Positions 14,745 to 23,400 of a DNA stretch of 25,256 bases are shown piece after piece. A model generated the notes under the pieces. That model was not told where the DNA came from, made no database searches, and saw only the letters and a program-made list of their open reading frames with translations. The translations under genes were made by a program, and so were the position numbers. Origin of the DNA: a virus (lineage: Duplodnaviria; Caudoviricetes); IMG/VR virus record IMGVR_UViG_3300020442_000208, positions 1 to 25,256 of that record. One strand, given 5' to 3'. Within the stretch, counting starts at the first letter, position 1. Every line of letters begins with the position of its first letter.

Positions 14745-16595
14745 ATGAAAACATTAGAAGAATTTAAACTTAACGAAAACGTTATCGAGAAGATGCGTAA
14801 AATTGTTGCAGATAAACAAGCTGCAAAGATCGATGGAGTGATGGTAGATATGTTCACTGCATCGGCAGTAACCCAAATCTATGATAAAGTAAACGATGCA
14901 AATAAGAAGAAGATGGAGAAACTAAAAGCTCCTAAACTTGCTGATCTTGCATTTAAGTTGATGCAGAAATCTCAGAAGGAAAATGCTGGAGAAGAAGGCA
15001 CATCTAAGTTACTCAACAAATACAAAAAAGACACGCCAATGTCCGAACGAGTAAAAGATGGTAAAGTCGATCCTCTATCAAAAATGGGTAAGTCCAAACT
15101 CACAGGGCGTGAAGTTTCCCAATACTATAAAGCAAATCCAAAACAGCGAGTAGCTGCAAAAGACCCTATAGTTAAGAAAGCAATAGAACTTGCACTTGAC
15201 CTTGGTGGTAATATGTCCTACGCTGAGAAAGAGATAGAGAAACTTAAGAAAGGTTTGTCTAAGAATAAGAACGTCAAGATGGCACTTCAACACGCAAACG
15301 AAGAAGTAGTAAAAGAAGGTCTTCTAATGCGAGAGTATGAGCCAGGCGAATACCGCAAGGGTGAAGAAAAACAATATGTTGATCTTATCAAAAAGAACGG
15401 TGGTAAGAATATTGACGTTGAAGTACCTGACCGTAGAAATGATATGTTGCGTATCGAATTCGAAGGTGGTAATCTTAGAAAGATGATGCAAGACTTAGAT
15501 AAGTTTGATGATGGTCTTACTACTATAGACGAAGGAACTTGGGCGTTACCTAAGTCTGCAAAAGAAAAGAAAGCATTTAAAGACCTAATGAAGAAACCTA
15601 TTCCGTTGGGAAGAGATGGTGACGATGCATCTGATAAATTGTATAACATCGTAGGTGATGATTCATTGTTTGACGATCTATACGATGCTGGTAGAAAGAA
15701 TCCAAAAGGTGATGCAAGAGAAGTTGTTCGCAAACACGCAAAACGCCTTGGACTAAAAGAAGGTCTTTCGATGCCACGTGATCAGTTTGATATGTTGAAG
15801 AAAGGTGACAAACTAACTATTCACTTTGATTCATCAATCAAGAAAGGACACAAAGTTCCTATGGTAATTAAGAGTCTGTCTCGTTCCGCAAAGTTTAACG
15901 TAGACAAGATCAATCTTGTTCCACAATCTGGTCGTGGCAAATACACTCTCTATAGTCGCCAAGGTAAAGACGCTACACTCGCAATGGGTGATATGGGTAC
16001 AGTAATGACTCGTATTGAATATCCAAAGGGTGGAGTTCAGAAAGAAGCGGTATCACCCGCTCAACAGGCTGCGATTGCAATCTCTAAGAAAGAGAAAGGT
16101 GAGAAACCTAAGAACGAATGTGCCGATGAGAAAGACTTCAAACCACATATGATGTATGATCCTAAAACTGGTAAGGGTATAATGGCAAAGACTTATCAAG
16201 ACCATTTAGATTTAGCAGACAAAGGTTACGTACACGAAAAACCTAAGAACGAAAACAGATCATTCAAATCTGCAAGACGTGATGCAATGCGTGGTATGGC
16301 AACAGACAAAGATATGCAGAGAAAGAAAGATGACGATGATATCGTTGCAACAGACGATGATCGTAAAGCTGCTGACAAAAACCCTATCATTCAATTAAGA
16401 AGGATTGCAGATTTACCACGTGGTGGTGATATGGAATTTAAGGATGGTAAGAAGGTTAAGGTTTCTCAGAAGGATGCACTCAAAGCACTGAAAGGTTTTG
16501 GTGTTATGAAGAAACCTGCCGAGAAACAAAAGTTTGCACAGAATGTCGGTAAATCATTAAAAGACCTCAAACGAATATTAAAGATTATTAAATGA
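14745..16595 (+). CDS. Large Lys-rich modular protein, putative protease-processed internal head polyprotein
   Basis: MKTLEEFKLNE N-terminus. Short modules separated by Glu-ending junctions (KEN, VKEG, IDEG, LKEG, QKEA, KNE). Confidence 0.75.
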   Translation: MKTLEEFKLNENVIEKMRKIVADKQAAKIDGVMVDMFTASAVTQIYDKVNDANKKKMEKLKAPKLADLAFKLMQKSQKENAGEEGTSKLLNKYKKDTPMSERVKDGKVDPLSKMGKSKLTGREVSQYYKANPKQRVAAKDPIVKKAIELALDLGGNMSYAEKEIEKLKKGLSKNKNVKMALQHANEEVVKEGLLMREYEPGEYRKGEEKQYVDLIKKNGGKNIDVEVPDRRNDMLRIEFEGGNLRKMMQDLDKFDDGLTTIDEGTWALPKSAKEKKAFKDLMKKPIPLGRDGDDASDKLYNIVGDDSLFDDLYDAGRKNPKGDAREVVRKHAKRLGLKEGLSMPRDQFDMLKKGDKLTIHFDSSIKKGHKVPMVIKSLSRSAKFNVDKINLVPQSGRGKYTLYSRQGKDATLAMGDMGTVMTRIEYPKGGVQKEAVSPAQQAAIAISKKEKGEKPKNECADEKDFKPHMMYDPKTGKGIMAKTYQDHLDLADKGYVHEKPKNENRSFKSARRDAMRGMATDKDMQRKKDDDDIVATDDDRKAADKNPIIQLRRIADLPRGGDMEFKDGKKVKVSQKDALKALKGFGVMKKPAEKQKFAQNVGKSLKDLKRILKIIK

Positions 16596-16801
16596 AGTCA
16601 TTTAAAGAACACAATGACATCGAGGAAGCATTAGTGACAGATAATTCTGCCACTGTTGATGCTATACTTAACGATGTCAAACGACTATTAATGAAAGACC
16701 TAGATAAAGGTGACTATAAAAGAGTCAATCAACTTGCAAAGATTGTCAATAAAAAAGTCGCCCCATCAAGTAAACATAAGGGTAAATCAATAACAAAATG
16801 A
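16592..16801 (+). CDS. Small hypothetical protein with capsid-targeting-like N-terminus
   Basis: MKSFKEHNDIEE; ATGA coupling on both sides. Confidence 0.75.
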   Translation: MKSFKEHNDIEEALVTDNSATVDAILNDVKRLLMKDLDKGDYKRVNQLAKIVNKKVAPSSKHKGKSITK

Positions 16802-17307
16802 AAACGTTTTCGGATCATTGTACTTGCGGTAAAGAATCTAACTTGGTAGAGAGTAATGTCTATCGTGTAGGTTCTGAGAAGTATTTTGAATACTGGCGTA
16901 ATATCCGTGAGGAATATTATGCTGGTAATGTTATGGTGGAAGCACACGAGATCGATATTATCGAATCTGATCTAGGTGAATTTGCAAAATGGAGAGGAGA
17001 AGATGTCCCTCTAGATTGCATAATGGAAGAAGAAGACAAAGAATTAAACAAACCAAAAAGAGGTGGGCCTAAGAAGTATTACGTATACGTAAAAGACCCT
17101 TCCACTGGAAACATCAAGAAAGTATCTTGGGGTGATACAACTGGATTGAAAGTTAAATTGAACGATCCAGAAGCAAGAAAGTCATTCGCTGCTCGTCACA
17201 AATGTGATCAACAGAACGATAAGACCAAAGCTGCCTACTGGGCGTGTCGATTACCTAGATATGCAAAACAACTTGGTCTGTCTGGTGGGGGTTCATTCTT
17301 TTGGTAA
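16798..17307 (+). CDS. Hypothetical protein with basic C-terminal domain (DUF6321-like, tentative)
   Basis: MKTFSDH N-terminus; KKYYVYVKD..KKVSWGD..RKSFAARHKC..AAYWAC. Confidence 0.8.
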   Translation: MKTFSDHCTCGKESNLVESNVYRVGSEKYFEYWRNIREEYYAGNVMVEAHEIDIIESDLGEFAKWRGEDVPLDCIMEEEDKELNKPKRGGPKKYYVYVKDPSTGNIKKVSWGDTTGLKVKLNDPEARKSFAARHKCDQQNDKTKAAYWACRLPRYAKQLGLSGGGSFFW

Positions 17308-17579
17308 TTGATAAGAAACCGTACAGAGAATTAGTCTTTGCTACAGGTGAGAAGTTAAGAATTTTTGATGATTCCGTATTAGATAGTGAACTAGTATGGC
17401 ATCGAGATAAAAGGGATCGTAGGGTTACGGTCATAGAATCTGGTGAATGGAAGTTCCAGATGGATGATCAAGAACCTGTGATCTTAAAACAGGGCGATGT
17501 ATTCCGTATACCAAAAATGGTTTATCATCGTATAATAAAAGGCGAAAACGACTTAGTTTTAAGGATTAAAGAATTATAA
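17301..17579 (+). CDS. Small cupin-fold protein
   Basis: ELVWHRD, WKFQMD, LKQGDVFRIPKMVYHRI cupin motifs. TTG start uncertain. Confidence 0.78.
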   Translation: MVIDKKPYRELVFATGEKLRIFDDSVLDSELVWHRDKRDRRVTVIESGEWKFQMDDQEPVILKQGDVFRIPKMVYHRIIKGENDLVLRIKEL

Positions 17580-17582
17580 ATA
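17575..17582 (+). promoter_or_regulatory. T4-type late promoter
   Basis: Exact TATAAATA about 35 nt before ATG 17618. Confidence 0.85.
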
Positions 17583-17617
17583 GTTCTATATTTACTTATT
17601 TTAAATGGGATTAACTA

Positions 17618-17899
17618 ATGGTTAAAGAAACACAGGCACAACGACTTGATCGAATTGAAGACAAGATCGACAAACTATCGGATGCGATGGTCTCTCTTGC
17701 ACGTGCCGAAGAGAAATTAATTGCAATAGAGAAAAATAATCATTCAGCGGTAGAGAGAATGAACAGATTTAGCCAGAAGTTAGACGCCATCGAGAAAAAG
17801 GTGGATGAGAACGCCCACACCGTGGGTATAATTAATCGACTATTTTGGGTAGTCATTGTTGCAGCTGCGGGTGCAGTCGCATCAAGTTTTTGGATGTAA
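17618..17899 (+). CDS. Coiled-coil protein with C-terminal TM helix (XhlA/holin-accessory-like architecture)
   Basis: RLDRIEDKIDKL heptads and a terminal hydrophobic segment LFWVVIVAAAGAVA. Confidence 0.75.
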   Translation: MVKETQAQRLDRIEDKIDKLSDAMVSLARAEEKLIAIEKNNHSAVERMNRFSQKLDAIEKKVDENAHTVGIINRLFWVVIVAAAGAVASSFWM

Positions 17900-17912
17900 A
17901 GGAGAAACTACG

Positions 17913-18995
17913 ATGAAAACATCTGATCTAAAAAAACTGGGTGAAGCATACCTTCAAGTAGTTTCACCAAAAGCTGAAGAGGAAGAAATCCTTGAGGCAA
18001 AAAGTAAGACCGAAGATAACACTAACGACAAATCAGACGATGGTGACGGTCTTGATAAAGTACAACCGAAAGCGGTAAAGAAGAAATTCGCAGATCGCAA
18101 AGACAAAGACATCGATAACGATGGCGATGTTGATGACTCCGACAAGTTCCTTCACAAGAGACGTAAAGCAGTTTCCAAAGCAATGGAAAAAGAAGGTAAT
18201 GCATTTACTGGTGCATTAAAAGCTGCTAAAGATAACGGTGAGGACGAATTTGTAGTCGCTGGTAAAAAGTACAAAGTCAAAGAAGTTGAGGAAGATATCA
18301 AAGCACTCAAACTTCAGACTGAAGCAAAGAAAGTCAAAGAAGAGGACGAAGAAGAAGATGAAAATCCAGTAGTCCCTGCTCGTGACGTTAAGAAGAAAGA
18401 AAAGAAAAAGGATGACGAAGAAGAGTCAGACGATGAAGGTGAAGAAGAAGAAGAAGCACCTGAAGATGATGACGAAGAAGAGAAACCTGAAGACCCTAAG
18501 AAGGACAAAGGTGATCTGAAAAAGAATCCTAAGACCGCTGATAAGAAAGCAGAAATCTCAAAGATCGAAAGTGTAAAAACTAACGAGGCATTTGAAGAGT
18601 TCTGGAATGCTTTCGAGGAATTGACTGAAAAGAGGAAAGAAGCACAAGGTGCTGCCGATCCAGAAGCAATCGATTCTAAAGAATCACCGAAGTCAAAAGA
18701 ATTTATCGCAAAGCACGGTAAAGACGAGAAAGAAAACGATTCTCTTTCTAAAGACAACAAGAAAGGTGAAGATGCCACCAAACCTAAGTCTGGTAAAAGA
18801 AAAGCAGACTCAACTGTAGGTGAAGCAAAATCACTAGTAGACCTTGCAAGGGAAGTGTTAGCGGGTGAGAACCCTAATGCATTTGCCGAGATGAAAGGTG
18901 ATAAAGTTGTTAAAGAGAAAGAAACAAATCCTTACGATGGTAGAACTAAAGCTGCCAAAGAATTTCTCGAAAGAATGAATAAGAGGCGATCATAA
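17913..18995 (+). CDS. Highly charged, low-complexity late protein (putative prohead core/internal protein) with EF-hand-like loop
   Basis: SD AAGGAG before ATG 17913. DKDIDNDGDVDDSD loop, poly-acidic tract, C-terminal DGRTKAAKEFLERM. Confidence 0.8.
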   Translation: MKTSDLKKLGEAYLQVVSPKAEEEEILEAKSKTEDNTNDKSDDGDGLDKVQPKAVKKKFADRKDKDIDNDGDVDDSDKFLHKRRKAVSKAMEKEGNAFTGALKAAKDNGEDEFVVAGKKYKVKEVEEDIKALKLQTEAKKVKEEDEEEDENPVVPARDVKKKEKKKDDEEESDDEGEEEEEAPEDDDEEEKPEDPKKDKGDLKKNPKTADKKAEISKIESVKTNEAFEEFWNAFEELTEKRKEAQGAADPEAIDSKESPKSKEFIAKHGKDEKENDSLSKDNKKGEDATKPKSGKRKADSTVGEAKSLVDLAREVLAGENPNAFAEMKGDKVVKEKETNPYDGRTKAAKEFLERMNKRRS

Positions 18996-19258
18996 TGGCA
19001 ATAAGATTATTAGGCGCTCAAGCTGCATTGGGAGTTGGAACTGGAAATGGTTCTAACTTCAGCAATGCTTCAGCAGTACGTGTAGTAAATCCAAGTGGTA
19101 CGAACTATGTTGTTTCAGTAGAAACATCTGCGAATGTACTACTTGGTTCATTTACACTGTGTGCTGGTGAATCAGAGATTATCCACAAAGGTACTTCAGA
19201 CGAAATATTCGCAGCTAACGCTGCTGTGTTGGGTGCTGCTGTCGGATATTCTCACTAA
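18995..19258 (+). CDS. Small beta-rich protein, probably a virion structural protein
   Basis: A/G/V/N/S-rich sequence starting MA; translationally coupled; in a late operon. Confidence 0.72.
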   Translation: MAIRLLGAQAALGVGTGNGSNFSNASAVRVVNPSGTNYVVSVETSANVLLGSFTLCAGESEIIHKGTSDEIFAANAAVLGAAVGYSH

Positions 19259-19277
19259 TTAATAAAGGAAGAAGATT

Positions 19278-19613
19278 ATGGCAATTAAAGCTCCTGCTTG
19301 GTGTTCACACGCTGTCCCTACTCTAAATGGGTGGGAAGACCCTGATACTGGTGAACTATATGTTTCCAGTGGTTTCAACCAAGATGAAATAGACGAATTC
19401 TTTAATGTTAAAGCTTCAGGAATGGAAGTTATCAAAGAAGTTCCTGAACCAGAAGTCGAAACATTGATCGAAGCACCAGTTAATGACAAAGGTCTTGATG
19501 ATATGACCAAAGTCGAACTGGAAGCCCTTGGTAGACAACACGGGGTAGAACTAGACCGTAGATTAAAAAAGGAAACTTTGTTAGGTCAGATATCTAAGTT
19601 ATTGAAGTCATAA
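19278..19613 (+). CDS. Hypothetical protein with C-terminal Rho-N/HeH-like helical module
   Basis: MTKVELEALGRQHGVELDRRLKKETLL. SD AAGGA. Confidence 0.75.
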   Translation: MAIKAPAWCSHAVPTLNGWEDPDTGELYVSSGFNQDEIDEFFNVKASGMEVIKEVPEPEVETLIEAPVNDKGLDDMTKVELEALGRQHGVELDRRLKKETLLGQISKLLKS

Positions 19614-19641
19614 GTAGTATTAAGGGTTTACCCTTTACTTA
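19611..19641 (+). other. Intergenic hairpin next to an RBS
   Basis: TAAGTA..AAGGG-ttta-CCCTT-TACTTA, just before SD AGGA of 19651. Confidence 0.4.
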
Positions 19642-19650
19642 GGATTTATT

Positions 19651-20016
19651 ATGATTTTAACAAAAGATAACTTGATACTCTACGCAGCTAAACACTATTA
19701 TAATCCAAAGTGTATAGACAGCGAAGAGTTCTTTGAAGACTTAAAAAGGTTTAAGTATATAAAACGATTGTTGAATCGTTATAGAGATAATGGTGAATTA
19801 TCTGAACGATTGATATTGAATCACCTGATCGTTATATTTAATGTCTTTGGTAATGAAGCGGGTCTCGATATGTTAGAGTTACGTATCGAACTTGAACACT
19901 GGAGTGTACTGAAACCGTTTCTAATCTTCTTAAATGTAATTAAGAATGATATGTACACGAACATAGAAATGGACAAAACAGTAGTAGAGGCATTGAGAGA
20001 GATCAAGGAAAGTTAA
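19651..20016 (+). CDS. Conserved T4-like phage hypothetical protein (DUF7207-like)
   Basis: YAAKHYYNP..EEFFEDLKRFKYIKRL..ERLILNHLIVIFNVFG..LKPFL. Confidence 0.82.
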   Translation: MILTKDNLILYAAKHYYNPKCIDSEEFFEDLKRFKYIKRLLNRYRDNGELSERLILNHLIVIFNVFGNEAGLDMLELRIELEHWSVLKPFLIFLNVIKNDMYTNIEMDKTVVEALREIKES

Positions 20017-20017
20017 T

Positions 20018-20620
20018 ATGGGAATACTTAAATCAGCAGCGGACTTAGTTTATACAATTCGATTCCTCAAACTTCTTGTCACACCATTCGAGAAGTTGGG
20101 TGCATATAAAGCGGGTATCATCGATATCGATGGTAAACGTAATCCCGATTTCAATACTCTAAAAGCAGACGATAGAGAAGCGTATAGAACACACTATACT
20201 ACGTTTCATCGTCTTGTAATCAATCTAAAGAGACTTATGGCAAAAGCGCCAGGCGGTAAATCCGTAATCGCACGATACGGTGCTGCCTTGTTATTAATAA
20301 AAGAACACGGAGAACTCAGTGATGCCGATCTAGAAAAGATTCATCAAGAAACTGGTATCGATGAGTTGCAATTGATTGAAGAACAATCACAATGGTTTAT
20401 GTTAAAGGATGGAAGTGGTATCACGCCAGGCGTATATAAGATGCTACACGATACCACTACAACACAAGTTGATGATATCGTCAAGAAAGATGATGCGATT
20501 CGCATCGAAGAAGGTCTTGAGACACCTATTGACAATGTATTAGGTGTAGATATTTTTCAAGCAACGCATATGAAATCCCAAAGAAAGATATATATAAGCT
20601 CAGGAGAAATAACCAGATGA
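20018..20620 (+). CDS. T4 gp30.3-like protein
   Basis: RFLKLLVTPFEKLGAYKAGIIDIDGK, YTTFHRLVINLKRL, AALLLIKE. Confidence 0.7.
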   Translation: MGILKSAADLVYTIRFLKLLVTPFEKLGAYKAGIIDIDGKRNPDFNTLKADDREAYRTHYTTFHRLVINLKRLMAKAPGGKSVIARYGAALLLIKEHGELSDADLEKIHQETGIDELQLIEEQSQWFMLKDGSGITPGVYKMLHDTTTTQVDDIVKKDDAIRIEEGLETPIDNVLGVDIFQATHMKSQRKIYISSGEITR

Positions 20621-20805
20621 AGAAGTTTAAAGAATATGCGAACGAAGACACAACTGTAGGTTCAGTTGCTGGTCTCACTGGTGAACCCCCTGTAAATTTA
20701 AAAAAGAAAAAGAAAGACGATCACAGCGTTCTAAAAAGATTCATCGAGAATCGTCAAGAAAGTGAACGTAAGTGGCGTGAAAACTTAGAATCAAAACTAA
20801 GGTAG
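20617..20805 (+). CDS. Small basic protein with capsid-targeting-like N-terminus
   Basis: MKKFKEYANE; SD AGGAG; ATGA coupling. Confidence 0.75.
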   Translation: MKKFKEYANEDTTVGSVAGLTGEPPVNLKKKKKDDHSVLKRFIENRQESERKWRENLESKLR

Positions 20806-20811
20806 GAGAAT

Positions 20812-21282
20812 ATGATGAGTGGACTATTAGGAAGTCTTTTAGGGTTTGGTGGGTCAATCGTACCCGCAATCACAGACCACTTTAAACAGAAGAACGAACA
20901 GAAGTTTGAACTCGCCAAGATGGAAAAGATGGCGGAGTTACGTGCAGCTGGCTTTGATCACGAACTGCAAATGTTTGAGACAATGGCATCTGACAAAGAA
21001 CACGAACGACTGATTGAACACGACATTTCAATTAATAAGGGTACAGGTTTTGTTGCTGGTTTACAGAAATCAGTAAGACCTATCATTACATATTGTTTCT
21101 TTGGATTATTTTGTGCAATCGAAGTAACTCTGCTTATGGAAGCACTCGAACAAGGATCATCAATCAGTGAATCACTGAATGTTCTTTGGGACGATGACAC
21201 CAAGGCGATCTTCGCAGCTATAATTTCATTCTGGTTTGGATCAAGAGCTATCGACAAGTCTCGTAGAATTAAAAACCAATAA
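20812..21282 (+). CDS. Holin-like membrane protein (GTA 3TM holin-like)
   Basis: N-terminal GSLLGFGG hydrophobic segment, SVRPIITY TM, C-terminal ISFWFGSRAIDK. SD AGGAG. Confidence 0.7.
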   Translation: MMSGLLGSLLGFGGSIVPAITDHFKQKNEQKFELAKMEKMAELRAAGFDHELQMFETMASDKEHERLIEHDISINKGTGFVAGLQKSVRPIITYCFFGLFCAIEVTLLMEALEQGSSISESLNVLWDDDTKAIFAAIISFWFGSRAIDKSRRIKNQ

Positions 21283-21285
21283 TCC

Positions 21286-21314
21286 TTGACAATCCCTGTC
21301 GGGTAACGTATAAT
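21286..21314 (+). promoter_or_regulatory. Consensus sigma70 promoter for nrdA
   Basis: TTGACA (21286-21291), 17 nt, TATAAT (21309-21314). Confidence 0.9.
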
Positions 21315-21373
21315 GTTACCTAATTGAAGTTGCGTGTACACGCAGAGATTTTTTTACCTTATGGAAACAGAGA

Positions 21374-23362
21374 ATGCCTATAAAAATAGATAAGAAGAGG
21401 GATGAACTACTCGCTGAATATGCAGTGGGTATGTTAAAGGATTTCTACCTCACAAGTCACGAGAAATCACCACAAGAAGGATACGCAAGGGCCGCTAAGG
21501 CGTGGTCAACCTATTTGGGAGAGACAGATGGAGAACTTGCACAACGCATTTATGATTATGTTAGCAATAAGTGGTTTATGTACGCTTCTCCAGTATTGTC
21601 TAATGCCCCTAACGGAGAAGACTCCAAAAGTAAAGGGTTACCGATTTCTTGTTTCCTTACTTACGTCCCAGATACTCTTGAAGGTCTCATTAGTCATAGT
21701 TCTGAGTTACGTTGGCTTAGTGTTTATGGTGGCGGCGTTGGGGGTCACTGGTCAGACGTGCGAACTGTGTCCGACATTGCGCCTGGCCCTATCCCGTTCT
21801 TACACACTGTAGATGCAGATATGATCGCTTACCGTCAAGGTAAGACACGTAAAGGATCATACGCCGCTTATATGGATATCCACCACCCTGATATTGTGGA
21901 GTTCCTGAACATACGTATTCCTACAGGTGATGTACAACGTAAGGCATTGAACTTACACAACGCAATTAATATTACAGACGAATTTATGGAGGCAGTAATA
22001 AACGATACTGACTTCGATCTACGTGATCCTAAAGATGGAACAGTAAAAGAGTCTATCAACGCACGTAAACTTTGGGAAAGAATTCTTGAGGTGAGATTCC
22101 GTACAGGTGAACCTTATCTCAATTTTATTGACACTGCAAACAAACATCTACCAGAAAATCTAAAAGAACTGGGTTTGAAGATTCACGGAAGTAATCTCTG
22201 TAATGAGATTCACCTTCCAACTTCAGATGATCGTACAGCAGTGTGTTGTTTATCGTCACTTAATTTGGAATACTATGATGAATGGAAAGATACAACTATT
22301 GTCCGTGATCTTGTGCGGATGCTTGATAACGTCTTGCAGTTCTTTATCGAGCGTGCCCCAGACACCATCACCAGAGCAAAATACTCCGCAGAACGAGAAC
22401 GTTCCATTGGACTCGGAGCTATGGGATTCCATTCCCTATTGCAAAAACATAATGTTGCGTGGGAATCTGAAGCGGCACGAGATATTAATAAAGTGGTGTT
22501 TGGATTTATTAAAGAACAAGCAGAAACAGAGTCCAGAGTTTTGGCAGAGGAAAGGGGGGAATATCCTGATGGCATTGGAACGGGGAAACGTAATGCACAT
22601 CTGTTGGCAATTGCACCCAACGCCTCAAGTGGAGTTATTCTGTCAACTTCCCCAAGTATTGAACCACTCAAGGCAAATGCATATACCCATAGAACGAGGG
22701 CGGGTTCGTTCCTCGTAAAGAACAAATATCTGAAAGCACTTTTAGAAGAAAAAGGTGAGAACACAGATTCAACGTGGACTTCTATTATAACAAATAAAGG
22801 ATCGGTACAACACTTGCCGTTTCTGACAGAAGGTGAGAAAGCAGTATTCAAGACTGCGGATGAACTCAATCAGATGTGGGTGGTTAAACACGCAGCTGAA
22901 AGACAACCATTTATCTGTCAAGGTCAAAGTGTGAATCTATTCTTCCCTTCAGGTGTGGATAAATCTTATGTTAATAAGGTTCATCTTAGTGCTTGGAAAG
23001 AGGGGTTAAAAGGACTCTACTATCTAAGAACAGAAGCGAAGTCTCGTGCAGAGAATGTTTCTGAGAAAGTAGAAAGGGTTGCACTACAAGATGATATCAG
23101 AAATGTGATCTATGGTAAAAAAGATTGTCCGTTCTGTGCAATGGCAAAAGAAGAGATGAAACTACGTGGGATTCAGTACGACTATGTTGATCTTCAAGAA
23201 GTTGGTAAAACAGCTGCTGAAGTGACAGGTAGGAAAGTAAAGACTGTACCACAAATTTATCTCGAAGGTGAGTACATTGGTGGTTATGATGAGTTGATGA
23301 AGTATTTCGATGCAAATGGAAATACAGAAGAAAGTGAAGAATGTACTGCTTGCGAAGGTTAA
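21374..23362 (+). CDS. nrdA: Ribonucleotide reductase class Ia alpha subunit with fused glutaredoxin domain
   Basis: ASPVLSN, PISCF, GGGVG, GSNLCNEI, VCCLSS, IGLGAMG, AIAPNASS, CQGQSVN, KGLYYLRT. Then CPFC..TVPQI..IGG and terminal CTACEG. No N-terminal ATP cone. Confidence 0.97.
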   Translation: MPIKIDKKRDELLAEYAVGMLKDFYLTSHEKSPQEGYARAAKAWSTYLGETDGELAQRIYDYVSNKWFMYASPVLSNAPNGEDSKSKGLPISCFLTYVPDTLEGLISHSSELRWLSVYGGGVGGHWSDVRTVSDIAPGPIPFLHTVDADMIAYRQGKTRKGSYAAYMDIHHPDIVEFLNIRIPTGDVQRKALNLHNAINITDEFMEAVINDTDFDLRDPKDGTVKESINARKLWERILEVRFRTGEPYLNFIDTANKHLPENLKELGLKIHGSNLCNEIHLPTSDDRTAVCCLSSLNLEYYDEWKDTTIVRDLVRMLDNVLQFFIERAPDTITRAKYSAERERSIGLGAMGFHSLLQKHNVAWESEAARDINKVVFGFIKEQAETESRVLAEERGEYPDGIGTGKRNAHLLAIAPNASSGVILSTSPSIEPLKANAYTHRTRAGSFLVKNKYLKALLEEKGENTDSTWTSIITNKGSVQHLPFLTEGEKAVFKTADELNQMWVVKHAAERQPFICQGQSVNLFFPSGVDKSYVNKVHLSAWKEGLKGLYYLRTEAKSRAENVSEKVERVALQDDIRNVIYGKKDCPFCAMAKEEMKLRGIQYDYVDLQEVGKTAAEVTGRKVKTVPQIYLEGEYIGGYDELMKYFDANGNTEESEECTACEG

Positions 23363-23365
23363 AGT

Positions 23366-23373
23366 TATAAATA
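23366..23373 (+). promoter_or_regulatory. T4-type late promoter upstream of nrdB
   Basis: Exact intergenic TATAAATA, 27 nt before ATG 23401. Confidence 0.7.
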
Positions 23374-23400
23374 ATTGGTTCAGATTAAATAGGAGAAGAA

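Noticed and set aside
18314-18781. Ser/Phe-rich minus-strand ORF
   Set aside because: Mirror of GAA/AAA-rich low-complexity codons on the + strand.
22203-22869. Alternate-frame (171 aa) and antisense (198 aa) ORFs inside nrdA
   Set aside because: No clear SD and no sustained codon distortion comparable to 11589-11891; the region is explained by RNR constraints.
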